Shown piece after piece: positions 1 through 8,603 of a stretch of 21,507 nt of DNA. The DNA is from an uncultured Candidatus Saccharibacteria bacterium (lineage in GTDB: Bacteria; Patescibacteriota; Minisyncoccia; Phycocordibacterales; 2-01-FULL-51-21): contig CAYGEN010000001.1 of the NCBI GenBank assembly GCA_964348955.1, positions 1,273 to 22,779 of the forward strand. The letters run 5' to 3'. The notes beneath the pieces were generated by a model that made no database searches, was not told where the DNA came from, and saw nothing but the letters and a program-made list of their open reading frames with translations. The first letter of the stretch is position 1. Each line of letters starts with the position of its first letter. Position numbers and translations under genes: made by a program.

Positions 1-55
1 AAGTCGCCCACCGCTCTCGCGATGGGCTCCTTTGTTTTGTGCGCCGGGAGGGATT
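1..55. repeat. Direct repeat copy 1, identical to 182..236. It comprises 40 bp of the tRNA-Tyr 3' flank plus the 3'-terminal 15-16 nt of tRNA-Tyr.
   Basis: Manual alignment shows 1..55 is identical base-for-base to 182..236 (aagtcgcccaccgctctcgcgatgggctcctttgttttgtgcgccgggagggatt). After position 55 the sequence diverges (gtcctgacgg versus cgaacccccg). Confidence 0.85.
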
Positions 56-181
56 GTCCTGACGGTCGCTAATTCGCTTCACTCATAAGCGCCGCGGGAC
101 ACGGCTCGGCGACAAGCCCTCGCTTCGCTCGTCTTGTATACCGCCTCCGCCGTTCGAATCCCTCCGGCTGCTACAAAACAA

Positions 182-236
182 AAGTCGCCCACCGCTCTCG
201 CGATGGGCTCCTTTGTTTTGTGCGCCGGGAGGGATT
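182..236. repeat. Direct repeat copy 2. It overlaps the genuine 3' end of tRNA-Tyr (221..236).
   Basis: Same 55-mer as 1..55. The flank contains an inverted repeat, acaaaacaaag (172..182) and ctttgttttgt (211..221), that could form a hairpin just downstream of the tRNA 3' end. Confidence 0.85.
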
Positions 237-303
237 CGAACCCCCGTAGCCCGAAGGCGCCTCGTCTACAGCGAGGTGCGATTGACCACTCCGCCACCGG
301 CGC
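221..303 (-). tRNA. tRNA-Tyr, anticodon GTA, type II with a long variable arm and no encoded CCA.
   Basis: The reverse complement reads GCGCCGG-TG-GCG-GAGTGGTCAAT-CGC-A-CCTCG-CTGTAGA-CGAGG-CGCCTTCGGGCTACG-GGGGG-TTCGAAT-CCCTC-CCGGCGC-A. The 7-bp acceptor, 5-bp anticodon stem, GTTCGAATCC T-arm and GTA in the anticodon loop are all present. Confidence 0.85.
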
Positions 304-332
304 ATATTCCGCCGGCGTGGCGGACGTGCGGT

Positions 333-3026
333 TTATGCTATCATGCTTTCAAAGCGTTTTAAAGATTTGCTCACACGACGACTCCCCTTTTTCTTCACGT
401 CAAAGGTAAACTCATCCCCTTTCATTCCAACGGAGACAATCCCGCCGTCCATGACACCTTGAGAAACCATAAGCGAAGCAACCGGCGTTAAGATTTTATT
501 CTGAATGAGGCGGCGGAGCGGGCGCGCGCCATACTGCGGATTGTATCCTTCTTTCCCGAGATAGGTGAATACTTCCGGAGCAATTTCAAGGTCAATCGCC
601 TTGCTCTTGAGCCGCTCTTTGATGATGGCAATTTGAAGCTCCACGATTTTCTTAACCGCCTCCGTGGAGAGAATGTTAAAAATGATAATCTCGTCAAGGC
701 GATTTAAAAATTCCGGACGGAAATGGTTGCGCAAAGCGTCCTGCACTTTCTCCTTCGCCTGCGTATACTGCGCGTCAAGACCGTTACCCCTCTGGTCCGC
801 AAATCCGATGGAGGTCATGCGGTCAATATGTTCCGCGCCGATGTTTGAGGTAAGCACGATGACGGCATTTTTGAAATTCACCTTGCGCCCCTTCGCATCC
901 GTCAAATGCCCGCTATCAAGAACTTGGAGTAAAATGTTAAACACCTCGGGGTGCGCTTTTTCAACCTCGTCGAAGAGAAGCACCGAGTATGGGCGGTGAC
1001 GCACGATTTCGGTCAGATTGCCGCCCTCCTCATAGCCCACATACCCCGGCGGAGAACCGATTATCTTGGATACCGAGTGGCGCTCCATGTACTCGGACAT
1101 ATCCACGCGAATGAGCGACTTTTCATCATCAAAAAGAAATTCCGCAAGCGCTTTCGTGAGCTCGGTCTTCCCGACGCCCGTCGGCCCCAAGAAAAAGAAC
1201 GAGCCGATGGGGCGGTTCGGGTCGGCAATACCGGCGCGAGAGCGCTTGATGGCATCCGCGACTTTTTGCACCGCCTCATCCTGCCCGATGATGCGTCCCT
1301 TGAGCACCGCTTCCATGCGAGAAAGTTTTTCCGCCTCTTCTTCAAGCATGCGGGTGGCAGGCACGCCGGTCCAGCGCGAAACGACCTCGGCGATATCCGC
1401 TTCAACAATTTCCTCTTTCAAAATTCGACGCGATTTTTGAAGCTTTTTCAGCCGCTTAATTTTGAGTTCCAAATCTCGCTCGCGCTCTGGAATGTCCGCA
1501 TAGCGCATTTCCGCCGCTTTTACAAGGTCGGCGCGCGCCTCGGCGGCATCCGCTTCCAGCCGAAAGGTTTCCAGTTCTTTTTTGAGCGCTTTAATTTCTC
1601 CAAGGGTCTCTTTTTCATTTTTCCACTTGAGTTCAAGCTCCGCCGTTTTCTCACGCAAGTCTGCAATCTCTTTATCAATCGCTTTCACGCGCGTTTTCTC
1701 GCCCTTCGTTGAACCGCTCTCAAGGTCTTTCTTGAGCGCTTCCTTCTCTATTTCCAATCGCACTATTTTGCGATGCGTCTCGTCCAAAATGGGCGGCTTA
1801 TTTTCAAGCGCGATTTTGAGCGAAGAGCCCGCTTCATCAATAAGGTCAACCGCCTTGTCCGGCAGAAAACGGTCCGTAATGTAGCGACTTGAAAGTTCCA
1901 CCGCCGCAATAATGGCGTCATCCGTAATGTGCACGCCGTGAAAGATTTCATATTTCTCGCGCAATCCGCGCAAAATGGCGACGGCATCCTCAATGGAGGG
2001 CTCTTGTACATGCACCGGCTGGAAACGTCGCGTGAGCGCGGGGTCGCGTTCAATGTATTTTTGATATTCCTTGAGCGTTGTCGCGCCGACAACGCGCAAA
2101 TCTCCGCGCGCGAGCGCCGGTTTCAGCATATTGGAAGCGTCCATCGCTCCCTCCGCGCTTCCCGCGCCGACAATCGTATGAATTTCATCAATAAATAAAA
2201 TGACTTTCCCTTCCGCCCGTTCTACTTCTTTCATGATACTTTTTAATCGCTCTTCAAATTCACCGCGGTATTTTGTCCCGGCAATGAGAAGCCCGAGGTC
2301 AAGGAGAACAAGCTCTTTGTCCCGCAGAGATTCCGGTATGTCACCTGAAACCATGTGTTGGGCGAGCCCCTCGGCAATTGCCGTTTTTCCAACACCCGCC
2401 TCCCCTATCAAAATTGGATTATTCTTGGTGCGGCGCGAGAGAATCTGGACAACGCGGCTGATTTCACGGTCGCGTCCAATGACCGGGTCCAATTTATTTT
2501 CTGCCGCAAGTTTCGTGAGTGAGCGCGTGTACTTAGCGAGAGCGCGACCGCGTTTTGGCTGCGTAATGTCGGTCGTTTTTTCCGACTTCAGCTCTGAAAG
2601 CACCTGCATGACGGCGTTTCTATTGAGCCGAAATCGCGCAATAATGTCGCGCGAAGGCCCCGGGTGGTCGAGCGCGGAGAGAAAAAGGTGTTCGGTAGAG
2701 ACAAACGGGTCGTTAAAGCTCTGCGCGATTTTTGACGAATTTTCCAGCACCTCGGCGAGCTCCGGCGTCAGATAAAGCTGATACGATGGCGTGACGGTTG
2801 AGGATGCATCCCGCGTTTCAATGGCTTCAAGCAAAGAATCCGTCAGAAGCATGGTGTCAATTTCAAGTTTCTCCAGAATTGAAAACACCATGGACTCTTC
2901 CTGCAGGACAAGCGACGCCAAAAGATGCAATGGGTTGACGTGATTTTGGCCTCGCTCAACCGCAAGCTCGTGCGCTCGGCGAATGGCTTCCTTTGCTTTT
3001 GTGGTGAAATTATTGAAAGGGGGCAT
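333..3026 (-). CDS. clpB: ClpB chaperone/disaggregase (Clp/Hsp100 AAA+ ATPase with M-domain)
   Basis: The 897-aa product has a Clp N-domain and two Walker A sites ([15 protein letters not shown] and [19 protein letters not shown]). A long coiled-coil middle domain rich in E/K/L repeats lies between the two NBDs. A C-terminal small domain is present. The start is ATG (attgaaagggggCAT on the plus strand). Confidence 0.93.
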   Translation of the reverse strand: MPPFNNFTTKAKEAIRRAHELAVERGQNHVNPLHLLASLVLQEESMVFSILEKLEIDTMLLTDSLLEAIETRDASSTVTPSYQLYLTPELAEVLENSSKIAQSFNDPFVSTEHLFLSALDHPGPSRDIIARFRLNRNAVMQVLSELKSEKTTDITQPKRGRALAKYTRSLTKLAAENKLDPVIGRDREISRVVQILSRRTKNNPILIGEAGVGKTAIAEGLAQHMVSGDIPESLRDKELVLLDLGLLIAGTKYRGEFEERLKSIMKEVERAEGKVILFIDEIHTIVGAGSAEGAMDASNMLKPALARGDLRVVGATTLKEYQKYIERDPALTRRFQPVHVQEPSIEDAVAILRGLREKYEIFHGVHITDDAIIAAVELSSRYITDRFLPDKAVDLIDEAGSSLKIALENKPPILDETHRKIVRLEIEKEALKKDLESGSTKGEKTRVKAIDKEIADLREKTAELELKWKNEKETLGEIKALKKELETFRLEADAAEARADLVKAAEMRYADIPERERDLELKIKRLKKLQKSRRILKEEIVEADIAEVVSRWTGVPATRMLEEEAEKLSRMEAVLKGRIIGQDEAVQKVADAIKRSRAGIADPNRPIGSFFFLGPTGVGKTELTKALAEFLFDDEKSLIRVDMSEYMERHSVSKIIGSPPGYVGYEEGGNLTEIVRHRPYSVLLFDEVEKAHPEVFNILLQVLDSGHLTDAKGRKVNFKNAVIVLTSNIGAEHIDRMTSIGFADQRGNGLDAQYTQAKEKVQDALRNHFRPEFLNRLDEIIIFNILSTEAVKKIVELQIAIIKERLKSKAIDLEIAPEVFTYLGKEGYNPQYGARPLRRLIQNKILTPVASLMVSQGVMDGGIVSVGMKGDEFTFDVKKKGSRRVSKSLKRFESMIA

Positions 3027-3044
3027 AGAGATTATATTGATTTT

Positions 3045-3992
3045 TTATTGGCCTTTTGGAGCGGCGGGCTTTGCGGCTATCGCAGAGAGTTCGCTTGTGA
3101 TTACTGAACTCGGAATAAATGTCGTGCCGCTTGAGGGAACCGATGCCGTGCGAATGCCGATTGCTTCGCCGAAGATATTGAGAAGCGGACTGCCCGCGAG
3201 CGCGGAGAGAGAATCAATACTGCTGTGAATAAACGCTACGACCGTCGTTGTCGCCGCTCCCGCACCATCTCCCGTTGGCACTACCTTTTCCTCAAGCATG
3301 GAGATAATTCCGATGGAAACACTTGCCCGCTCCTCGCCAGAAAGCGCAATGACGCTTTGTCCGAGCTTGAGTGAAAGCGGGTCGGTAATCTTTAGGGTGG
3401 AGAGCGGCGCCGGAGACGATGATTTTCCGTCAGAAGTATTTTTTACGGCAAGTTGGAGAAGTGCGATAGGAGCGGACGAGCCAAGATTGAGAACCCTGAA
3501 CGAAAAAATGCTTCCACTTTGGTTGATTGCCGTATAGGTGTATCCATCCACAAAAATGCTGCGCGCCGTCGCGACGATACCCGATGAATCTACCACGGCA
3601 CCGATGCCAACCACTTCTGACTGAGCTTCCTGTCCGCCGACCGGCTGTGCCAGAATGCGCACGAGCGTACCTCGATTTCTTTCAACTGAGTCGGTGATAA
3701 GGTCATCTTCCTTTACTACCACCGTTACCTCTTTGATCGTGCCGCCGTCTTGTGGTTTCCTACTTAAGTCGGGCACAACTCGTTCTACCGTGCGCTCAAC
3801 AACGCGATTGATAGTTTGGGTGACGGCGGTTGGTGCGCGCTCTAAAAGGGTAACGGTAACGATACCGGTCGCAATGGAGGTCACGAAGCTCACCAGAAGC
3901 GTCAAGAGAATAATCTGCGATTTATTGAGGTGTTCTATATCCATAGTGCATCTATGCTGACTATATGATACCGCATGCATATCGCCGCGCAA
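3045..3992 (-). CDS. Membrane-anchored trypsin/HtrA-like (S1C fold) protein, apparently lacking the catalytic triad (putative pseudoprotease). The start is more likely the internal Met at 3944 (MDIEHLNK...).
   Basis: An N-terminal TM helix (IILLTLLVSFVTSIATGIVTVTLL) is present. GIGAVVDSSGIVAT resembles the HtrA GSGFIIspdGYIvT motif. LGQSVIALSGEERASVSIGIIS resembles VGDwVvAIGnPFGLgqTVTsGIVS. IHSSIDSLSALAGSPLLNIFGEAIGIRTA resembles IQTDAAINPGNSGGPLLNlnGEvIGINTA. At the aligned catalytic positions His is replaced by R/S, Asp by P, and the GNSGGP Ser by Ala (ALAGSP). No PDZ domain is present. The alignment was done by eye. Confidence 0.55.
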   Translation of the reverse strand: MRGDMHAVSYSQHRCTMDIEHLNKSQIILLTLLVSFVTSIATGIVTVTLLERAPTAVTQTINRVVERTVERVVPDLSRKPQDGGTIKEVTVVVKEDDLITDSVERNRGTLVRILAQPVGGQEAQSEVVGIGAVVDSSGIVATARSIFVDGYTYTAINQSGSIFSFRVLNLGSSAPIALLQLAVKNTSDGKSSSPAPLSTLKITDPLSLKLGQSVIALSGEERASVSIGIISMLEEKVVPTGDGAGAATTTVVAFIHSSIDSLSALAGSPLLNIFGEAIGIRTASVPSSGTTFIPSSVITSELSAIAAKPAAPKGQ

Positions 3993-4035
3993 AGCGCATT
4001 GGCATCAATCGTACTCGCATATTAACATAGAAAGG

Positions 4036-5292
4036 TTATCTGTCAAATTTTTTGAGTACCCGTGCGAGCGCGTTAACTGCCCGTATTATGTCACCCCTGC
4101 TCGTCTTTGCGCCAAAGGAAAATCGGAGTGTTGTCTCTGCCCGTCCACGGTCGCCGTAGAGCGCGTAAACTACCGATGAGGCTTTTTCGCTTGACTCGGC
4201 ACAGGCCGCTTTCGTCGTCACCGACACCCCCGCCGCATCAAGCGCGAGCGCCATGAGTTCCCCGTCACGACGAGGGAGCGAAATGTTGACATTGTTTTCC
4301 ATGCGGTGTTTCGTACTGCCGTTTATGAGCGCTTCAGGTATCTTCCTCTTTAGTAAACCAAAAAAAAGCTCTTGAAGTTGCGCAAGACGCGCCCGCTCTT
4401 CCACTCTGCGCTGTGCGGCAAGTGAAAACGCTTCCGCCATGCCGACTATGAGCGGCACATTTTCAGTGCCGGGTCGCAAGCCGTTTTCCTGATGTCCACC
4501 GAAAAGAATTGGCGCTATGTGCGCATTGCGTCGCACATAGAGCGCGCCGACACCTTTCGGTCCATAGACCTTCTGCGCGTCAAGTGTCATGAGGTCAACG
4601 CCAAGCCGCTCAACCGAAGTGTTACAGAGGAGTGCCGCTTGGCTTGCATCAGTATGGAGATAGGGTAGCTGACGGCGCGCATGTGCACGATATGCGCGAA
4701 GGAGTTTGCCGAGCTCCGGCACCGGTTGAATTGTGCCGATTTCGCTGTTTGAGAGCATGAGCGAAACGAGCACGGTATCGTCGGTTATCTCTTTGTGCAT
4801 TGCCACTGCGGAAGTGATACCGCTCTCATCCGGCGAAACATATGAGACGCGCATACCGCGGCGCTCAAGCTCTTTGAAACAGTTGAGTACCGATTCATGT
4901 TCAATCGCGGACGTGACCGCGTGCAAACGAGAAAGCGGCGCGCCGCCAAGCAGACACGCATCCACCACGCCAAAAATACCGAGATTATTTGCTTCGGTGC
5001 CACTGCCCGTAAAAACAATTTCTTGCGCACGAGCCTCTATAATCCGCGCGATTCTCGAGCGCGCGGCTTCAACCGCGCGGCGCGCAAAAACGCCTTCGGC
5101 GTGGATTGCGCCGGCGTTGCCAAAGTGTTTCCGCAAGTAAGGCTCCATGGCTTTGAGCACGAGCGGATGTACCGGCGTAGCCGACGCATAATCCAAATAG
5201 ATCCGCTTGCCTCGCACTTTTTTTCTCTCATTCCCGCGCCGCTTTGCGGCGCGGGACACGTTCTGTGGACGCTTTTTTATCATCCTTCGCAT
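4036..5292 (-). CDS. Cysteine desulfurase (class V aminotransferase, IscS/NifS family). The true start is probably the GTG near 5218 rather than the ATG at 5292.
   Basis: IYLDYASATP is the conserved N-terminus of IscS/NifS. The PLP-lysine region reads DAQKVYGPKGVGALYVRR. The C-terminal part reads GTENVPLIVGMAEA...SSGSACAE. The 27-aa basic N-terminal extension (5219..5292) contains a perfect 9-bp-stem hairpin (cccgcgccg-cttt-gcggcgcggg, 5233..5255) and a GAGAG motif 7 nt upstream of the GTG. This makes it more likely to be 5'UTR. Confidence 0.88.
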   Translation of the reverse strand: MRRMIKKRPQNVSRAAKRRGNERKKVRGKRIYLDYASATPVHPLVLKAMEPYLRKHFGNAGAIHAEGVFARRAVEAARSRIARIIEARAQEIVFTGSGTEANNLGIFGVVDACLLGGAPLSRLHAVTSAIEHESVLNCFKELERRGMRVSYVSPDESGITSAVAMHKEITDDTVLVSLMLSNSEIGTIQPVPELGKLLRAYRAHARRQLPYLHTDASQAALLCNTSVERLGVDLMTLDAQKVYGPKGVGALYVRRNAHIAPILFGGHQENGLRPGTENVPLIVGMAEAFSLAAQRRVEERARLAQLQELFFGLLKRKIPEALINGSTKHRMENNVNISLPRRDGELMALALDAAGVSVTTKAACAESSEKASSVVYALYGDRGRAETTLRFSFGAKTSRGDIIRAVNALARVLKKFDR

Positions 5293-5380
5293 TGTACGGC
5301 GTCTCGTATTTTTTACAATATTTTCGCGAAGCTCCCGACCTTCCTGGCGCGCCAGCGCCTTACAAAAGACCGCGGCACTT

Positions 5381-5409
5381 TTGCATATTTCTGAAAAACG
5401 GAGTATATT
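5381..5409 (+). promoter_or_regulatory. Sigma70-like promoter (TTGCAT-N17-TATATT) for the 5433 gene, in the divergent intergenic region shared with the desulfurase gene.
   Basis: The -35 TTGCAT is at 5381..5386, the spacer is 17 nt, and the -10 TATATT is at 5404..5409. This places it about 24 nt upstream of the ATG at 5433. Confidence 0.45.
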
Positions 5410-5432
5410 ATTGACTTGTACACGCGCGTTTT

Positions 5433-5942
5433 ATGCAAGCGACTTTTGAACTTTTTTTAGGCGACATAACGCTCCCCCTCTACGCCCTCTTTGCGCTCGT
5501 CGTACTCATTATTCTTTGGATTGTCCAAATGGAAATCCGTATGCGTCGGCTCATGCGCGGTAAGCATTCAAAAGATTTAGAGGGAACAATACATGCCCTG
5601 CAAGACGGGCAAATTGAGTTGCATTCATACCGCCAAGAGCTTGAGAGGTATTTAAAAGGGGTGGAGGAGCGACTGCGCCGGAGCTTGCAAGGCGTGCACA
5701 CGGTTCGCTTCAATCCGTTTAAAGGAACCGGTAGCGGCGGCAATCAAAGTTTTGCCACGGCATTTGTCAATGAAAAAGGAGACGGAGTCGTGTTTTCCTC
5801 GCTCTATGCGAGGGACCATGTTAGTGTGTTTGCAAAACCGGTCATTGCCGGAATATCAGAATTTGAGCTCTCCGCCGAGGAGAAGGAAACGCTCAAAACC
5901 GCGAGCGCAAAATTAACGCCAACGCAGGGCTCACTAAAATAG
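5433..5942 (+). CDS. DUF4446-like membrane-anchored protein of unknown function
   Basis: The 169-aa product has an N-terminal TM helix (LPLYALFALVVLIILWIV). The motifs RFNPF..GGNQSF..VNEKGDGVVFSSLYARDHVSVFAKPV are as recalled for the DUF4446 family. Family assignment is from memory and not from a search. Confidence 0.55.
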   Translation: MQATFELFLGDITLPLYALFALVVLIILWIVQMEIRMRRLMRGKHSKDLEGTIHALQDGQIELHSYRQELERYLKGVEERLRRSLQGVHTVRFNPFKGTGSGGNQSFATAFVNEKGDGVVFSSLYARDHVSVFAKPVIAGISEFELSAEEKETLKTASAKLTPTQGSLK

Positions 5943-5960
5943 TTTTCAACATGCCCTTTA

Positions 5961-7481
5961 TTGCTTCCCCAAAATATGCCAACCGAAACGATTTACAACC
6001 AATCCGTGCGGCAACCCGTCATTGCGATCCTCGGGCATATTGACCATGGCAAATCAACGCTTCTTGATTACATCCGCGAGACGAATATTGTAGAAACCGA
6101 AGCCGGTAACATCACCCAGCGCCTATCCGCCTATGAGGTTGTACACAAGAACCCGGGCGGCATAGAGCGAAAAATCACCTTTCTGGACACCCCCGGGCAT
6201 GAGGCATTCGTCTCCATGCGAAGTCGCGGCGTCGGCGTCGCCGACATCGTCGTTTTAGTGATTTCAGCCGAGGAGGGCGTTAAAGCGCAAACAATTGAGG
6301 GTCTCAAAACTATTTCTGAAGCTGGTATCCCCTACATTGTCGCCATCAATAAAATTGACAAGCCACAGGCGGACATTGAGCGCACCAAGAACTCACTTCT
6401 TGAAAATGGCATCTACCTTGAGGGGTACGGCGGTGATGTGCCCTTCGTACCCATCTCTGCGAAAACGGGTGCCGGGGTACCGGAGCTCTTGGACATGATG
6501 CTACTCGTCGCCGACCTCGCCGAACTCAAAACTGACCCCGCAAAAAACGCTACGGGGTTTGTTATTGAGGCGCACCTTGACCAAAAAAAAGGTATCGCGG
6601 CAACGCTTATCGTCTTGGACGGCACATTAAAAAGCGGTATGTTTCTCGTGGCAGGCGATGCGCTGGCTCCAACCAGAATTCTCCAGGATTTTTTGGGCAG
6701 ACCGCTACAAGAAGCGCATGCGGGCCAGCCGGTCCGTGTCATCGGCTGGAATAAAATTCCGCTGACGGGAATACCGTTCACTGCTTACGAAAAAAAGAAA
6801 GACGCGGAAGCGGCAACGAAAATTGCACCGCCCGCTAAATCGCCGGATTCTTTGGAACTTCCGCCACGAGAAAGAGGAAGTGTGCTTTTACCTCTTATCC
6901 TCAAGGCAGATACCGCCGGGACGCTTGATGCCATTTTGCACGAACTTGGAAAAATTGAGGGCGACCGCGTGCGTATAAAAATTCTCCAAAGAGGAACGGG
7001 CAATGTTTCCGAGGGTGACCTCAAACTCGCGCAGAGCGTACCTGGTGCCGTCATCGTGCGATTTAACAGCGGCATTGATGGGACGGCGGCGGACATTGCC
7101 GCGCGCTTGAACATTCAAGTGGAACACTTTACCGTCATTTATGAATTTTCAAAGTGGGCGGGGGAAGAAATGAACAAGCGTCGGCCTGTGGAAGAGGTGA
7201 AGGAAATCACAGGTCGCGCTAAAGTGTTGAAGATTTTCAGCAAGATGAAAGACCGCCAGGTGCTCGGTGCGCGCATACTTGAGGGGTCCCTTTCCCTTAA
7301 CGCCTCGGTAAAAATCATGCGGCGCGGTGAACCGTTAGGCATTGGTTCGATTGTTAATTTGCAGCAACAGAAAGTGGATGTAAAAAAGGTTGGAGAAGGC
7401 GAATTCGGCGGAGAAATAAAGGCGAAGATTGATGCCGCCCCGGGAGACGAGCTTGAAGGGTTCGTTATGGTAAAAAAATAA
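5961..7481 (+). CDS. infB: Translation initiation factor IF-2, compact form lacking N-terminal domains. The likely start is the ATG at 5976.
   Basis: The GTPase motifs are present: G1 AILGHIDHGKSTLLD, G3 DTPGHEAF, G4 NKID and SAKTG. The IF-2 beta-barrel and C-terminal domains follow. The ORF track begins at TTG 5961, and an in-frame ATG (MPTETIY) lies 15 nt later. It is followed by rbfA, which is the conserved synteny. Confidence 0.9.
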   Translation: MLPQNMPTETIYNQSVRQPVIAILGHIDHGKSTLLDYIRETNIVETEAGNITQRLSAYEVVHKNPGGIERKITFLDTPGHEAFVSMRSRGVGVADIVVLVISAEEGVKAQTIEGLKTISEAGIPYIVAINKIDKPQADIERTKNSLLENGIYLEGYGGDVPFVPISAKTGAGVPELLDMMLLVADLAELKTDPAKNATGFVIEAHLDQKKGIAATLIVLDGTLKSGMFLVAGDALAPTRILQDFLGRPLQEAHAGQPVRVIGWNKIPLTGIPFTAYEKKKDAEAATKIAPPAKSPDSLELPPRERGSVLLPLILKADTAGTLDAILHELGKIEGDRVRIKILQRGTGNVSEGDLKLAQSVPGAVIVRFNSGIDGTAADIAARLNIQVEHFTVIYEFSKWAGEEMNKRRPVEEVKEITGRAKVLKIFSKMKDRQVLGARILEGSLSLNASVKIMRRGEPLGIGSIVNLQQQKVDVKKVGEGEFGGEIKAKIDAAPGDELEGFVMVKK

Positions 7482-7487
7482 GAGATT

Positions 7488-7808
7488 ATGGGTTCTATGA
7501 GACAAGAGCGCGTAAAGGAGCTTTTGCGGCACCTTGCCGCAGAGTTTGTTTCAAGCGCCGCCAACACAACCCCGCTCATTACCGTTACCGATGTGCGCGT
7601 GCCGCCTAACTTTAGCGAAGCGACGGTGCTCGTTACCGTATATCCCGACCGCGATGAAGAAGCCGCGCTTTTGTTTTTAAAACGCAAGCGCGGAGAGTTA
7701 CGCACTTTTGTGAAAGCGCGAACAAAACTCAAGACTATTCCCCGCTTTGACTTTACTATTGACGAAGGGGAGAAAAAACGCCAACGTATTGATGAGCTAT
7801 TGTGGTAA
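7488..7808 (+). CDS. rbfA: Ribosome-binding factor A
   Basis: The 106-aa product contains RVKELLRHLAAEFV...VTDVRVPPNFSEATVLVTVYP...GELRTFVKARTKLKTIPRFDFTIDEG, which is the typical RbfA KH-like fold sequence. It lies immediately downstream of infB. Confidence 0.85.
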   Translation: MGSMRQERVKELLRHLAAEFVSSAANTTPLITVTDVRVPPNFSEATVLVTVYPDRDEEAALLFLKRKRGELRTFVKARTKLKTIPRFDFTIDEGEKKRQRIDELLW

Positions 7809-7823
7809 TGTGTACGAGAGTCT

Positions 7824-7899
7824 GGGCCTGGTGGTGAAGGGGTAACACGGCGGTCTGCAAAACCGCTATGCGCGGGTTCGAGTCCCGCCCAGGCCTCCA
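7824..7899 (+). tRNA. tRNA-Cys, anticodon GCA, with CCA encoded.
   Basis: The sequence reads GGGCCTG-GT-GGTG-AAGGGGTAA-CAC-G-GCGGT-CTGCAAA-ACCGC-TATGC-GCGGG-TTCGAGT-CCCGC-CCAGGCC-T-CCA, which is a canonical cloverleaf. Confidence 0.85.
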
Positions 7900-7924
7900 T
7901 GTTGTACCTTATGATAGTAAAAAT

Positions 7925-8009
7925 GCCGGGGTGGCGGAACTGGTATACGCGCACGACTTAAAATCGTGTTCCGAAAGGAATATGGGTTCGATTCCCATCC
8001 CCGGCACCA
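7925..8009 (+). tRNA. tRNA-Leu, anticodon TAA, type II, with CCA encoded.
   Basis: The acceptor GCCGGGG pairs with CCCCGGC. The anticodon arm is CACGA-CTTAAAA-TCGTG. A long variable arm (TTCCGAAAGGAATAT) and T-arm ATGGG-TTCGATT-CCCAT follow, ending ACCA. Confidence 0.85.
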
Positions 8010-8133
8010 CGTAGAAAATTGCAAGGCAAGGTGGAGCGGGTTTCTTTTTAGGAAAAAGGAAGAGGCGAAATGCAAATACTAAAAGTGCTCTCCATTCCTT
8101 AAAGAAAAATGAATGGCAAGGCGCAAACTATAT

Positions 8134-8358
8134 TTACAACAACCTTCGTAACTGTTCCTCGGTCAGTTCTGCTTGTTTCAAAATCTTTTTTAGTAATCCG
8201 CGAGCGACATCTCCAGGGTGCATTGGTACAGACGTTTGGAGATTGCGTTGTTCATCAACCAGTATTACGTGACTTCCGATTTGGTCGGTTTCTTCAAAAC
8301 CGGCTTTCTTGAGTGCTCGTATAAGTTCGCGTGGTTTAACTTGGCGTAGCCGCGTCAT
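8134..8358 (-). CDS. hicA: HicA-family mRNA-interferase toxin (type II TA)
   Basis: The 74-aa product reads PRELIRALKKAGFEETDQIGSHVIL...HPGDVARGLLKKILKQAELTEEQ, which is the typical HicA/YcfA signature. Its start overlaps the hicB stop by ATGA (8355..8358). Confidence 0.8.
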   Translation of the reverse strand: MTRLRQVKPRELIRALKKAGFEETDQIGSHVILVDEQRNLQTSVPMHPGDVARGLLKKILKQAELTEEQLRRLL

Positions 8359-8603
8359 GCAAGTGCTATTGGCGCCGCGATACTTACTACAAAGGGACTT
8401 TTTGCCGATTTTTCAATGGGTATAGTTTTCCCGCGACGAGCTAACGTGCTCACAAAAGCATAGATGGCGTCTTGCGCCATTGCAATAGCTTCGTCGAAAG
8501 TGCGGCCTTGGGTAAAACAACCAGGCAGCGCAGGGACGGAAACGACATACACGCCGTCCTCATCGCGCTCAATATGGATAGTGTAGGTAAGATGCTGTTC
8601 CAT
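8355..8603 (-). CDS. hicB: HicB-family antitoxin (UPF0150 / RNase H-like N-domain only)
   Basis: The 82-aa product reads YTIHIERDEDGVYVVSVPALPGCFTQGRTFDEAIAMAQDAIYAFV, the canonical HicB N-terminal domain. It is encoded upstream of hicA and translationally coupled to it. No obvious C-terminal DNA-binding domain is present. Confidence 0.75.
   Translation of the reverse strand: MEQHLTYTIHIERDEDGVYVVSVPALPGCFTQGRTFDEAIAMAQDAIYAFVSTLARRGKTIPIEKSAKSPFVVSIAAPIALA

Noticed and set aside
60-175. Possible second tRNA between the two 55-bp repeats (TTCGAATCC motif at 152..171)
   Set aside because: The flanking sequence cannot form T-stem, acceptor or anticodon stems. It is interpreted as a degenerate tRNA-Tyr 3' fragment, not a gene.
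951-2775. Several 100-250-aa ORFs antisense to or out of frame within clpB (e.g. 951..1712 plus, 2200..2775 plus)
   Set aside because: They are fully embedded in a confidently identified 897-aa ClpB gene and have a biased, repetitive composition.
6295-7954. ORFs antisense to infB and rbfA (e.g. 7139..7954 minus, 271 aa)
   Set aside because: They overlap the conserved IF-2 and RbfA coding sequences on the opposite strand and are Ser/Pro/Arg-rich with no motifs.
7866-8075. 69-aa minus-strand ORF overlapping tRNA-Cys and tRNA-Leu
   Set aside because: It lies entirely within two well-formed tRNA genes. Its translation (GWESNPYSFRNT...) is a typical tRNA-antisense artefact.
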